DNA of 64,000 bases from an uncultured Gammaproteobacteria bacterium (GTDB lineage Bacteria > Patescibacteriota > Microgenomatia > Levybacterales > GWA1-39-11), in NCBI GenBank assembly GCA_964537315.1, contig CAZIAP010000002.1, forward strand, positions 43,237 to 107,236, read 5' to 3'. The translations under genes were made by a program, and so were the position numbers. Every line of letters starts with the position of its first letter. The first letter of the stretch is position 1. Of this stretch, positions 28,641-38,036 are shown in pieces. Under the pieces are notes generated by a model. That model was not told the origin of the DNA. It did no database searches and saw only the letters and a program-made list of their open reading frames with translations.

Positions 28641-31191
28641 GGTTTATCGATCCGGAGGGAGGCGGTGTTCCAGAAGGTTTCGGAGTCTGAGGGGTTGGTG
28701 GTGGTGCAGGATTCGGAAAATTAGACGCAGTTGGCATTTGTGAACGTGCCATATTCGCAGTGTGGTAGGTGGCTTGCCCTCCAGAGTTGTTCATAACGGG
28801 TGCAGCTTGTCCTGGAGCTTGTGGTTGAGGCGGCATAGGCTGTTGTGGTGGCGTATTTGGTTGTTGAGGCTGCTGAGTCTGTTGAGCGGGAATAGTGTTT
28901 GCATTAATAGATGACATGTCTGCAGGTGCCTGCTCTATAGTAGGTGGTTGTACGGTTGGTTGGGTGGGTGGAGTCGGGGCTTGGCTACCTGCAAAACCCA
29001 TAGGTCGGTCTATTGCAAGTTCAGGCGCAGCCTGTGGAGCTATTTGTTCGTGTGTTTCCTCTTGTGGGGTAGGAGTAGAGATATCAGGAATTGGTGCCTC
29101 TTGTCCTGAACCAGACGGATCAGGTGAAGCTGCGTCATTTTTTTCTTGCTGCTCTAAAAGATCCTGAGGTTTTGAAGTGATCAGATCGTACTCGAATTGG
29201 GAAGCGATAAACTGAGCAGAGATATGATTTTGTCCAGCAAAAAGCAACCCTTCTCCAACTTGCGCAGTTAGTAAAAATTGCTTCTCACCTTCTGAAAGGA
29301 AAAATGCTTTTGCGAGAGCCTCAACACCTGAGGTACCTTGTTTAAGTAATATCTGAATTGAGGAGTTAGAAACAATAGCTTTTCCATAATCATTATTCAA
29401 AAAATCTTCAATATCTTGTGTAAGAGTTGTCATACCCAGATAATATTTTCGAGCTCGTTTGGCGATTCCTTGTAAAAAGCTTGCTGAATCCGGATACTTC
29501 ATCATGTACCAAGCCTCATCAACGATGAGCAGTCGTTTTTTTAGCTTAGTACGAACACGACTCCAGATAAAGTCTAAGATGACGTGCATTGCAATCGGTC
29601 TTAAAGCATCTTCAAGTTGTTTAATAGAGAAAACAGTTAGCTGACTGCGAATGTCATAGTTAGTTTGAGCATTGAGAAGCCCTGCAAAACCTCCTTTGAC
29701 GAACTTTTCCAATCTAAATGCAAGTTCTTTTGCTTCTTGTTCTTCCATATTCAACAGAGTTTTGTACAAATCTTCTAAAATTGGTGGCTCTTTATCATAT
29801 GTAGCAGGGTCAGGAGTTATGCCTTTTTGTTTATATACAAGGACGAGCGACCTATCAAGGATGGCTTCCTGAGTAGGAGTCATCTCTCCAACCATGGTTT
29901 TAAGAAGTCCGTGTAATGAAAGAATTTTAATGCCAAGTTGAGCATCCGTTCGGTCTTCTGAAAGAAGAGCAAATGGATTGATTGCCACCTCTGAGTTTTT
30001 CGAAAAGTTAATATATTCTCCGCCAAGCGAAGCACACAGGGTTCTATACTCGTCTTCTGGGTCAATGATCAGGATCTCTGCGTCAAACATCATTTGTCGC
30101 AAGATCTCAAGTTTTACTAGGAAAGACTTACCCGAACCGGACTTACCGAAAACTACTTGGTTAGCATTCTCAAAAGAGAATCTATCGACGATAACCAGAG
30201 AATTATTTAATGTATTAACGCCATAAAGAATCCCATTTGGTTGTGATATTTCATATGATGTAAACGGAAAAGTGGATGCCACAGATGTAGTGTCCATATT
30301 TCGGGTGATGAACAACTTGTCTGACCCATAGGGCATAGTGGTTTTAAACCCTTCTTCCATTTGTAGAGTTGCTGATTTCATAAGCAACATGTTTGAGGCA
30401 AGCAGAGTCTGCAATTGTTTGGATTTTTCTTCCAGTTCGTTAGGATTGTCAGCGGTTATAGTTACATATAGTCCAAACTGATAAAAACGTTCTAGTCCTC
30501 GAGCTAATTCCTCGCGTAAAGCAATCGCGTCTTCAAGAGATGCCTGAACTTTGGGATCTGGTTCCAGACCTGCTTTGTAATCGGCATCTAGAGTTGCTTC
30601 CATTTCTGCTATCTTGCGTCTGAGATTTGAGAGTACATCTTTGCTTTCGACAGGGTAAATAAACATGGATATGTTCATAGTCTCTTTGTGATCTATAAGA
30701 ATTGAGAGCCAGTTTGGAGAAACTTCGCGTGGATAATCAGCCACAAAGAAAGTCCTAAAATACCTATCTCCAACCCGTACGTGCTTAAAGTCAACTTCTA
30801 CCGACGGAGGGGCAATTACATCAGCAAGCGAAACAGAGCCTTGTTTTAAAGCATCAAGCGTAGCTCTCTGAGCAGTTGCTGCTTGTTGGGGTGTGGTTCC
30901 ATTTGGCATGACTACAGCCTGTCCAATATTTGGAGCTTGTGGTTGAGTAGGAGTAGCAGGTGCTTGAGCAGGCGCTGGTGGAGGTGTATTAAGTACGGAT
31001 TGAGGCTGTGCGGGCATTGTAGGTTGTGCTTGAGGCATTCCTTGCCCTGAGACTTGTTGTGGTTGTTGTACCGGTATACTTCCAGCAGGTTGAGTTGGTA
31101 CACCATTAGGAAAAGCGGTACCACCTTGATTCACGGAAGGCGTAGCAGGTTGTTGAGATTGTTCTGATTTTTTATTAAATATGTTAAACAT
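28633..31191 (-). CDS. virB4: VirB4/TrbE/CagE-family type IV secretion ATPase with long P/Q-rich low-complexity N- and C-terminal extensions
   Basis: DFKHVRVGDRYFRTFFVADYPREVSPNWLSIL (CagE_TrbE_VirB N-domain). Walker A VVFGKSGSGKSFLVK. Walker B KKRLLIVDEAWYMM. About 120 aa N-terminal and about 200 aa C-terminal stretches are Pro/Gln/Thr/Ala-rich. Confidence 0.8.
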   Translation of the reverse strand: MFNIFNKKSEQSQQPATPSVNQGGTAFPNGVPTQPAGSIPVQQPQQVSGQGMPQAQPTMPAQPQSVLNTPPPAPAQAPATPTQPQAPNIGQAVVMPNGTTPQQAATAQRATLDALKQGSVSLADVIAPPSVEVDFKHVRVGDRYFRTFFVADYPREVSPNWLSILIDHKETMNISMFIYPVESKDVLSNLRRKIAEMEATLDADYKAGLEPDPKVQASLEDAIALREELARGLERFYQFGLYVTITADNPNELEEKSKQLQTLLASNMLLMKSATLQMEEGFKTTMPYGSDKLFITRNMDTTSVASTFPFTSYEISQPNGILYGVNTLNNSLVIVDRFSFENANQVVFGKSGSGKSFLVKLEILRQMMFDAEILIIDPEDEYRTLCASLGGEYINFSKNSEVAINPFALLSEDRTDAQLGIKILSLHGLLKTMVGEMTPTQEAILDRSLVLVYKQKGITPDPATYDKEPPILEDLYKTLLNMEEQEAKELAFRLEKFVKGGFAGLLNAQTNYDIRSQLTVFSIKQLEDALRPIAMHVILDFIWSRVRTKLKKRLLIVDEAWYMMKYPDSASFLQGIAKRARKYYLGMTTLTQDIEDFLNNDYGKAIVSNSSIQILLKQGTSGVEALAKAFFLSEGEKQFLLTAQVGEGLLFAGQNHISAQFIASQFEYDLITSKPQDLLEQQEKNDAASPDPSGSGQEAPIPDISTPTPQEETHEQIAPQAAPELAIDRPMGFAGSQAPTPPTQPTVQPPTIEQAPADMSSINANTIPAQQTQQPQQPNTPPQQPMPPQPQAPGQAAPVMNNSGGQATYHTANMARSQMPTASNFPNPAPPPTPQTPKPSGTPPPSGSINHG

Positions 31192-31203
31192 GGACAGGTA
31201 CCT

Positions 31204-31238
31204 TAATTTCTAATTAACCTAATTATTCTAATTTCTAA
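31204..31238. repeat. Two copies of the 10-mer TAATTTCTAA (TTAGAAATTA in gene sense), 25 bp apart, 15-50 bp upstream of the virB4-like start
   Basis: Plus-strand TAATTTCTAA at 31204-31213 and 31229-31238. The virB4 ATG is the complement of 31189-31191. Confidence 0.6.
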
Positions 31239-31266
31239 ACAATTTATAATTTCTCAAATGATCAAT

Positions 31267-31884
31267 TTATAATATTATATTTGTTATGTCATCTGACTGA
31301 AAATCTAGAGAAACTGTTTCCTGGTTATATAGTTCGTAGAGTACTTTTGCCACCTCGCTAGATTCAAGCGGTCGTGCAGATAGACCCATACGTTGAATCT
31401 GGCTTAAAACTCCGGCCTGCTTGCTATTCACTGCTTCTTTAATGCGGTCTTGCAGGGTCATCTTTTTGTTGGTAATTGGTCCAAGTTCAAGAGAAGAGAA
31501 GGGAATTACAACATAGATTTTTTTATCGAGCAAATTTTCACCTTTTACCAGCTCTTGGATGAATTGCTTGTACATAATAAGGTGCTCTGATAGATTTGGA
31601 TCCTGAGTTTTCTCTATTTTTGATTCTAGCATAGATAGATACTCGGTCATGTCAACTTTTTTAGAAACGATAAAAATCTGGATAGCAGATGAAAGTGAGT
31701 TCAGAAATGACATGAATCCGTATATTCGCGCATTCTGTTCCTCTGTTGAAAGTAGGAAAAAATTGACAGATGATACTTCAAGAATTGAAGCCGCATTGTT
31801 CCCTTTTAAGAACAAGATACCGTCTTTAATATCTTCTACTTCTGTAAATCCTTGTGTTGTTGATTGTATTTTTGCTTTAGCCAT
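31267..31884 (-). CDS. Hypothetical soluble protein (205 aa) in the T4SS-like locus
   Basis: ORF with no TM and no recognisable motif. Confidence 0.4.
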   Translation of the reverse strand: MAKAKIQSTTQGFTEVEDIKDGILFLKGNNAASILEVSSVNFFLLSTEEQNARIYGFMSFLNSLSSAIQIFIVSKKVDMTEYLSMLESKIEKTQDPNLSEHLIMYKQFIQELVKGENLLDKKIYVVIPFSSLELGPITNKKMTLQDRIKEAVNSKQAGVLSQIQRMGLSARPLESSEVAKVLYELYNQETVSLDFQSDDITNIIL

Positions 31885-31917
31885 AAACCTAATAAATTCT
31901 TAAGTACCTTAGCATAT

Positions 31918-33234
31918 CTATGCAGCAGGCATAGTTGGACTAGGTGTTGGAATTGGTGTATTTCCAAATAATTCTCTGCGTAATTTTTCCCGTTGATCAA
32001 TTGATATAATCTCAAGCGGGTTGAATATTTCGCCTTTCATTTCTATTTGAACATTCTCAAACTCATGTTTTTTTCCTGGATCGTCAAAGTACATCTTGTA
32101 TGTTCCGTTAGGGAGTGGAGTGGCAGAGATAAACTGTCCAAGAGCGTTTGTCTTGAATGCACGGACAGGGATTTCATTGCTGTCTACGACCTCTACTAAT
32201 ATGTTTTGTAAAACTTTTCCACGAGGGTCTTTAACTATTCCTAGAACTATATTAGGTATATCCGGCAAAGTTGGGAAACCCGAGCTTAAGTTAGATTGAG
32301 GAGTGACACTTTTTACTGTAGCTGCTTTTGGAGCCTCTTTCTCTACAGGAGTGACAGCTGGACGTTGTGATACTTGTTTTGCTTGCTGCATAACCTGCTT
32401 TTTTTGAAATGTAGCCGTTTGACCAAGTGCTTCTGCCAACTTTTGTTCTAGATCTCGAATTTTTGCTTCCAAGTCTGCTGTCTTTCCAACACTTTGTTCT
32501 GCAACTCTAATATCTTGAATTTCTTTTTTAATTTCTGCTATGTCATCCGCTGGCTTAGGTTGTGGGGCAGGAGCAGGCTTTACTACATCTGTAGGTAAAG
32601 AGTTTTTCTGCACTATTTTTTCTGGTACAGCTGGCATAACCGGTTTTACAGCCTCTCTTTTAATAATTTTTGGTTGAGAAGGTGGAGGAGTTACTCGTCT
32701 GGTTTCATTTGCGAGAGGATTAGGTGTAGATACAGACATATCTGGATTATCAAAAGAAGCTTTTAGATTAGAAAAGTACTGCATTTCCCGGTCGTCAGGT
32801 CGGAAATAAGAGCTGCGGAGCGCGCTAGCGAGCGCTTTTCTATTTGCCTCATTTTTTGATTGTTGAGGAACTGGTTGTTGAGTGGCTGAAGCCTGTACTG
32901 CTTTTGCAGGTTGTAAGAACTGATACTTTGTGAGGTCAATGCCCTGTTTACGATATACGTACTGATTTTCTTTTGGTATGGAGCGCGCAAAATATATCAG
33001 CATTTTATCTAGAGGTCTACCACCTACAGGTACAAAGGCCAGTGCCACTCCTGCTGCTGCAAAAATACCCATCAATGGAACCATCAAAAACGGGTGACTT
33101 TTATTCATGGCGACAAAAGTAAGCGTGCAAAAAATTCCAGCTACAACTACATATCCAAATTGTTTAACGGTCATGGAGCCGATTATCTTGAATTTAAAGC
33201 CTGTAATGTCCTGAGGAATTGGATGGTTTTCCAT
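31918..33234 (-). CDS. Membrane protein with two N-terminal TM helices, a Pro-rich linker and a C-terminal carboxypeptidase-regulatory-like beta-sandwich
   Basis: TM pair (GYVVVAGIFCTLTFVA; LMVPLMGIFAAAGVALAFV), a P/A/Q-rich coiled region, then a C-terminal VLGIVKDPRGKVLQNILVEVVD...NALGQFISATPLPNGTYKMYF (CarboxypepD_reg-like). Start taken at ATG 33234; the track's 33279 is a TTG. Confidence 0.45.
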   Translation of the reverse strand: MENHPIPQDITGFKFKIIGSMTVKQFGYVVVAGIFCTLTFVAMNKSHPFLMVPLMGIFAAAGVALAFVPVGGRPLDKMLIYFARSIPKENQYVYRKQGIDLTKYQFLQPAKAVQASATQQPVPQQSKNEANRKALASALRSSYFRPDDREMQYFSNLKASFDNPDMSVSTPNPLANETRRVTPPPSQPKIIKREAVKPVMPAVPEKIVQKNSLPTDVVKPAPAPQPKPADDIAEIKKEIQDIRVAEQSVGKTADLEAKIRDLEQKLAEALGQTATFQKKQVMQQAKQVSQRPAVTPVEKEAPKAATVKSVTPQSNLSSGFPTLPDIPNIVLGIVKDPRGKVLQNILVEVVDSNEIPVRAFKTNALGQFISATPLPNGTYKMYFDDPGKKHEFENVQIEMKGEIFNPLEIISIDQREKLRRELFGNTPIPTPSPTMPAA

Positions 33235-33394
33235 ATAATCAAGCGTATAACGTGAAAATTTTATATTCAAGCATCTCAAACTAGGTCAAAGAGTCACAAA
33301 AATTGTGAAAATAAGACTTTATAAGCGATTAAAAGTTAAAAATGCATTAATAGTTGCTACATTATTGACACGATTCTATACTTAAGTTAGATAC

Positions 33395-34099
33395 ATGGAG
33401 GAATATATTTGGTTAATTCTAATTTCTGAGCTGGTTTTTCTTTTTTTTACTTCACGCTATATCTCCAAAGCTTTATTTTCTCTTAGTTATAAGGTATTTA
33501 GGAAGCAGAGCATTGCAATACGATTTGTAGCATTAATTTTCTTTCCCGGTACAGTAATTCATGAACTTGCACATTACTTGATGGCAAAGATGCTTTTTGT
33601 CAGAACAGGTAAGGTAGAGTTGACCCCCGAGTTGCATGGTAACGGTTTAAAACTGGGAAGTGTGCAAGTTGCTAAATCAGATATTCTTAGACAATTTTTG
33701 ATCGGTGTTGCACCTTTACTATTTGGATCAGCTTTGTTAGTACTTGGAACTTACTATTCTTTGCCGAAGATAATAAACTTTTCATTAGATACCTCATACC
33801 TTATACTTGCTACTTTATACCTATATGTTATTTTCGTAATCACCAACACGATGTTCTCAAGTAAAAAAGATATGGAAGGAGCGTTGGGGTTATTTATTTT
33901 TATTGCTTTTGTTACTTCAGTAATATTTGTTGCCGGGAGAGAAGAGTGGTTAATCGAACCTGTTCGGTTTATAAATGGGAATTTAATGGTACAGCTTTAT
34001 AGCAAGCAAGCAGCTCAATTATTACTAATTCCGGTTGGCATTAACTTTACAATTTTACTTCTTAATAATCTTGTGAGATTTCTTAGAAAAAATAATTAG
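33395..34099 (+). CDS. Polytopic membrane protein with an intramembrane HExxH (M50B/DUF3267-like putative metalloprotease)
   Basis: FFPGTVIHELAHYLMAK sits inside a TM helix, with about 6 TM segments. It is the only plus-strand gene inside the minus-strand T4SS block, next to the pilin-like genes. Confidence 0.4.
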   Translation: MEEYIWLILISELVFLFFTSRYISKALFSLSYKVFRKQSIAIRFVALIFFPGTVIHELAHYLMAKMLFVRTGKVELTPELHGNGLKLGSVQVAKSDILRQFLIGVAPLLFGSALLVLGTYYSLPKIINFSLDTSYLILATLYLYVIFVITNTMFSSKKDMEGALGLFIFIAFVTSVIFVAGREEWLIEPVRFINGNLMVQLYSKQAAQLLLIPVGINFTILLLNNLVRFLRKNN

Positions 34100-34114
34100 A
34101 AGTTAAGAGGACAA

Positions 34115-34459
34115 CTAGTTTGTCTCAGTATCAGGAACAATGACGTTTTGATCTACACCTAAAAGGCCGAAAAATCCATTAAATAACGCAAATGATACCG
34201 CAATAAATACAAAACCGATAATTGCAAAAGTTAAAGTTTTTTTAGCACCAGAAATCTTTTCAGGGTCACCATTAGCCGTGATTAGCTGAATACCGCTCCA
34301 TATAATGAAAATTAATGCAACTGCACTTGATAAAACAATTGCTGCATTAATGATGTTGGAGAAAAGCGGCCATATACAGGATAGAGTTGCAACCTGAGTA
34401 CCGGAAGCAGTTTCATGTAAGCACCCAGATTCATCCCAGGGACGAGTAAATAAAGCCAT
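34115..34459 (-). CDS. VirB2/TrbC-like pilin-family small membrane protein (paralog 1)
   Basis: 114 aa: AAIVLSSAVALIFIIWSGIQLITANGDPEKISGAKKTLTFAIIGFVFIAVSFAL. This is a two-helix hairpin with a charged loop, shared with the next three genes. Confidence 0.5.
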   Translation of the reverse strand: MALFTRPWDESGCLHETASGTQVATLSCIWPLFSNIINAAIVLSSAVALIFIIWSGIQLITANGDPEKISGAKKTLTFAIIGFVFIAVSFALFNGFFGLLGVDQNVIVPDTETN

Positions 34460-34517
34460 ATATTGTTTATAACAAAATCAGAAGATGAAAACTAGTAGTT
34501 TGGATTAAAGAATGAAT

Positions 34518-34979
34518 TTATTGACCTGAGAGCCTAGCGTTCTCACATTCACTTAATGCTTGACCTTCTCTTAGGTTAAGATAACACTCAAGCGTTGGAA
34601 TGTTAGGATTTAATATATCTCCAGCTCCGAGTAGTCCCATTACAAAATTAAGAATAACTACTGCTAACAGCAACACTACAAGACCTATAATTGCTGCAAT
34701 TATATGGCCTCTAGCTTCAGAAACCTTTTCCTTATCTCCGCCAGAAATGATCCATTTAATAGCTCCCCAGAGTAGAAAAATTAGTGCTGCAATAATACCA
34801 ATTGCAATTAATATAATAATTATCCAACGAACAACAGTGTTAACTGTAGCAACAGGACCTGGGTCGACAAGTGGAACGTCACCTGGAACGATATCGTTCT
34901 GCGCAAATACTTGAAATGAAGTAAATAGATAAAGTGCTGTTGCAGATAATATAGCTGTTGATTTTTTTAGAAATTTCAT
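34518..34979 (-). CDS. VirB2/TrbC-like pilin-family protein with signal peptide (paralog 2)
   Basis: Signal peptide MKFLKKSTAILSATALYLFTSFQVFAQ. Then VVRWIIIILIAIGIIAALIFLLWGAIKWIISGGDKEKVSEARGHIIAAIIGLVVLLLAVVILNF. Start placed at ATG 34979; the longer track ORF overlaps the neighbour. Confidence 0.5.
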   Translation of the reverse strand: MKFLKKSTAILSATALYLFTSFQVFAQNDIVPGDVPLVDPGPVATVNTVVRWIIIILIAIGIIAALIFLLWGAIKWIISGGDKEKVSEARGHIIAAIIGLVVLLLAVVILNFVMGLLGAGDILNPNIPTLECYLNLREGQALSECENARLSGQ

Positions 34980-35025
34980 ATCTAACTGATTATGGACATA
35001 TATGGAATTAGTTGTCAAGAGGTAA

Positions 35026-35394
35026 TTAAACGGGTGATAGCTCTCCGCCACCGCCACCTGGTCTGGACGCTGACTGAAACACATTTATCCCTAATAGTCC
35101 TCCTATGAAATTCATAATGACAAGAGAGAGTATAATAACAACGAGTCCAATAATAGAATATATGATTGTTCTGCGAGCGCTATCAAGTTTTTCTTTATCT
35201 CCCCCTGATGTGATCCATTTTATAGCACCAATAATAAGAAAGATAAGTGCAGCAATAATTCCCACACTAGTTAAAATAATAATTACCCAGGAAATTATGC
35301 CAGCTAATCCACCCTCACCAGTTGTGGGTACACCTTCAGGGGGTACGACTTCTTGTCCACCGGGTAGAGTCAGAGAAAGTAGTTTTTCCTTCAT
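35026..35394 (-). CDS. VirB2/TrbC-like pilin-family protein (paralog 3)
   Basis: IISWVIIILTSVGIIAALIFLIIGAIKWITSGGDKEKLDSARRTIIYSIIGLVVIILSLVIMNF is near-identical in motif to paralog 2 (AIKWI[IT]SGGDKEK). Confidence 0.5.
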   Translation of the reverse strand: MKEKLLSLTLPGGQEVVPPEGVPTTGEGGLAGIISWVIIILTSVGIIAALIFLIIGAIKWITSGGDKEKLDSARRTIIYSIIGLVVIILSLVIMNFIGGLLGINVFQSASRPGGGGGELSPV

Positions 35395-35486
35395 AATATT
35401 AAGTTAAGCTTTGTTTGGGGAAAAAGTCAATATTGATGGGTGTAGGCGCCCGCTTTTTGAGCAGGCGCCAAGTAAACTAAATACGA

Positions 35487-36098
35487 CTAGTAGGAGCTAG
35501 CTAAGGTCAAAGAGATCTTCTCGAAGTCATCGAGGTAATCTTCAAACCACGCAGGTCGAGCGCTGAGTTCCAATCTCACCATGTAAGGAGATCCATCGAA
35601 ACTGGTTGTCGGGAAGAATACAAGAACATGTTTTGTTATCCCGTTTGACCAAGATTTGTCATAGGAGAATTTCCAAGCAATACCTTCCTGCGGATTAAAC
35701 GCTCCATGACTTATGACGTTACTTAGAGTATCAAACCCTGCAAATGTTTGGTGATAGCAGTCAGCAAACTCTGGTAGAGATGTGTCTGAATTCCAGACAC
35801 AGTGGTCCCAGACAAGTTTGCTGCAATAGATGCTAACATTGTCTTCAAGTTCCCCAGCAGGAACTATCAAGTTCCCTTCGCTGTTTACGATTGACCAAGC
35901 CGATGGATATCTCACTGTCGCTAGGTTGCTACAGTTGATACGACCGTCCAGAGTCAGATCTGGAGATGATTGAGAACTCTGTTGAGCAGGCTTTGATGTC
36001 TGAACATCGCTGTTCTCATTCTCAGAAGCACTGCTATCGTTTCCGCAAGCTGCGAGCAATAAACCGGCGGCTAGAACAATCAATACGAACAGTTTCAT
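35487..36098 (-). CDS. Hypothetical lipoprotein
   Basis: MKLFVLIVLAAGLLLAACGNDSS gives a lipobox (LLAAC). A GGAAGG RBS lies before ATG 36098. No known domain. Confidence 0.45.
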   Translation of the reverse strand: MKLFVLIVLAAGLLLAACGNDSSASENENSDVQTSKPAQQSSQSSPDLTLDGRINCSNLATVRYPSAWSIVNSEGNLIVPAGELEDNVSIYCSKLVWDHCVWNSDTSLPEFADCYHQTFAGFDTLSNVISHGAFNPQEGIAWKFSYDKSWSNGITKHVLVFFPTTSFDGSPYMVRLELSARPAWFEDYLDDFEKISLTLASSY

Positions 36099-36293
36099 GG
36101 TTCCCAGCCTTCCTGATAGCAAGCGATGCTTAGAAAGATTTGCGCCTGCAGAAAGAAATAATAGAGCAGAATCCTTTCTAGTCGTGTTAAAGTACTGATG
36201 ATTCTGATTACATACAACAGTAACAGTTACATCTTAACCGGGAATTATAGCATAAAAAAGCGCTAAAATCAATACTATGGGACTTATTGATTG

Positions 36294-38036
36294 CTAAGAA
36301 CCTCGCTCAAATCCAGGTATCTGTAAGATGTCAATACCTATAATTTCAAGAATAGCAATGGACAAAATCAAAAAGATGAGCCCGGTAACTGATGAAGTTA
36401 TTAGTTCACGAGAACGACTAATCTTTTCTTTATCTCCTCTTGAAGTAAGAATTATATATCCTGCATAAAGAATGCGTGCAAACGCAGCCATAATACCTAT
36501 TGTTAATAAGAAAGATCCTGCATCGCGTATGAACTCTAAAGGGTTAGTTGAGAATGCAAAAATTGCAGTTTCATATTTCCCGCACTGGAATCGAGTTGGA
36601 TCTGTCTCATCAACATCTTCTCCCTTTGCATTCACCCATTGGGCGCAGGGTAGGCCGGAGTCAAGCTGTTGCTGATTAATTGCATGTTGTAGTTCTGACA
36701 TATTTGGATCTGCTTCTATCCATCTTGTGTCAACGTATGCATTGCCTTCACTATCGATATTGATGGGAATTTCATATAAAGTGAACCCACCCTGACAGAG
36801 GTCAAGATGACGGTATCGATTCGCAAAGCCAGTATCGTTAATTTGCTCGTTAATTTTTAGAATATACTTTCCTGTTGGAAAAGCGCTATTTCCATTACGT
36901 TCATCTGCAATTGTTTCTGTTACTCCATCTTCACCTATAACAACACATCTTTCTCCTGTACTGTTATGAATGAAACCAGATTTGTAGTCGTTATCAACCC
37001 CCTCAAGTACAATTTGATAATTATTGCGTTTTTCTCCTCCTGCTGTTTGTCGTCCAGAAAGAGTAACTGTGATTGGGTTAGATATTTCCACAACTCCTGG
37101 GGGTTTATCAGAATTTTTAAAGAGAATTCTACTAGTGGATCCTGTGTCTTTATTGAATCCGAACTCCAGACCTTCATGAATAGTTACGTCAGGATAATAG
37201 TGATGTACATAAAACTCAGCTAAAGCAACTAGGACAGGTGCTTCATTTTTTACAATATAAGCTCCAATTCGGTAAATGCTTCCGGCATGAAACCAGTCTC
37301 CGCTATCACATTCTGTTTTTAATTTTTTATCTTTGTTACCGCATACTGTTATATCGTCGTTATTTGAAATTCCAGCTTCTTCTCGACTGATTAGTAACTT
37401 TCCATTTCCTTTTAGCACATTGTTTTCGCATTCTTGTTGATCAGAAAGAAGGCAGAACTTGGCACCATCAGGTAAATTATTAAAACGAATCTTTACATTT
37501 TCCTCGTTGCTATCAATGAGGCCATCAGGGCTTATTATCTCTGCTGAAGGTGATTCTCCAGATATAGTGCTGTTTGTGTTGTTTTCTGAGGAAGAACCAT
37601 CATTAGAATCTTGTTCATTGTTTTGCGGGGCGGAAATAGTGATAGAAAGATTCCCTGAAGCTTCACATAGTGTGTTTTCCTCCGTGCCACTAACACGAAC
37701 AGATGCATTAGTACCGGGCTCAATCGGAGGAACAACAAGATTGTAATTTCTCTGTGATGTATTATAAGTACTTGCTGTTCCTAGTGAGTTTCCAGAGCTG
37801 TCGATGAACTCGAAATAGTAACCAGTACCTGATTGGACTTCTGCATTCGGATCTATGGTTGCTCCAACTCCCATTGTTTGTCCTGAAATAACAGGGGTAC
37901 TGTCCAACCTATTTAATGAAATTGTTGGAAGTTTTGTACATGCAGCAGCTGAAACTTGGGGAATATCTCTAAATAAGAAAGCTAGAATAATGAGTGAAAT
38001 AACTCCTAGAGAAGCAAAAATAACAACTTTTCTCAT
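36294..38036 (-). CDS. Large surface protein (about 580 aa) whose C-terminus is the same VirB2/TrbC-like membrane hairpin (paralog 4, pilin-domain fusion)
   Basis: N-terminal signal/TM (VVIFASLGVISLIILAFLF) and a roughly 500-aa Ser/Asn/Gly-rich extracellular region. C-terminus FLLTIGIMAAFARILYAGYIILTSRGDKEKISRSRELITSSVTGLIFLILSIAILEIIG. The start (ATG 38036 vs TTG 38072) is uncertain. Confidence 0.5.
   Translation of the reverse strand: MRKVVIFASLGVISLIILAFLFRDIPQVSAAACTKLPTISLNRLDSTPVISGQTMGVGATIDPNAEVQSGTGYYFEFIDSSGNSLGTASTYNTSQRNYNLVVPPIEPGTNASVRVSGTEENTLCEASGNLSITISAPQNNEQDSNDGSSSENNTNSTISGESPSAEIISPDGLIDSNEENVKIRFNNLPDGAKFCLLSDQQECENNVLKGNGKLLISREEAGISNNDDITVCGNKDKKLKTECDSGDWFHAGSIYRIGAYIVKNEAPVLVALAEFYVHHYYPDVTIHEGLEFGFNKDTGSTSRILFKNSDKPPGVVEISNPITVTLSGRQTAGGEKRNNYQIVLEGVDNDYKSGFIHNSTGERCVVIGEDGVTETIADERNGNSAFPTGKYILKINEQINDTGFANRYRHLDLCQGGFTLYEIPINIDSEGNAYVDTRWIEADPNMSELQHAINQQQLDSGLPCAQWVNAKGEDVDETDPTRFQCGKYETAIFAFSTNPLEFIRDAGSFLLTIGIMAAFARILYAGYIILTSRGDKEKISRSRELITSSVTGLIFLILSIAILEIIGIDILQIPGFERGS

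Noticed and set aside
28895-31124. Small ORFs on both strands inside the virB4-like gene (28895-29167, 29459-29644, 29672-29872, 29880-30065, 29978-30226, 30912-31124)
   Set aside because: They are embedded in a gene whose product has unambiguous VirB4 motifs. The alternative frames are low-complexity artefacts of the P/Q-rich codon repeats.
28633-31191. Repetitive cag/cca/cct-rich DNA at both ends of the virB4-like gene, considered as a possible CRISPR or tandem repeat array
   Set aside because: The repeats are imperfect, in-frame, and translate to a Pro/Gln-rich low-complexity protein. There are no regular spacers or a cas context.
34600-35407. Plus-strand ORFs 34600-34914 and 35105-35407, antisense to the pilin-like genes
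   Set aside because: Both translations are Pro/Ser/Thr/Ile-rich shadows of the hydrophobic minus-strand genes. The minus-strand frames carry the conserved GGDKEK hairpin motif, so they are the real genes.
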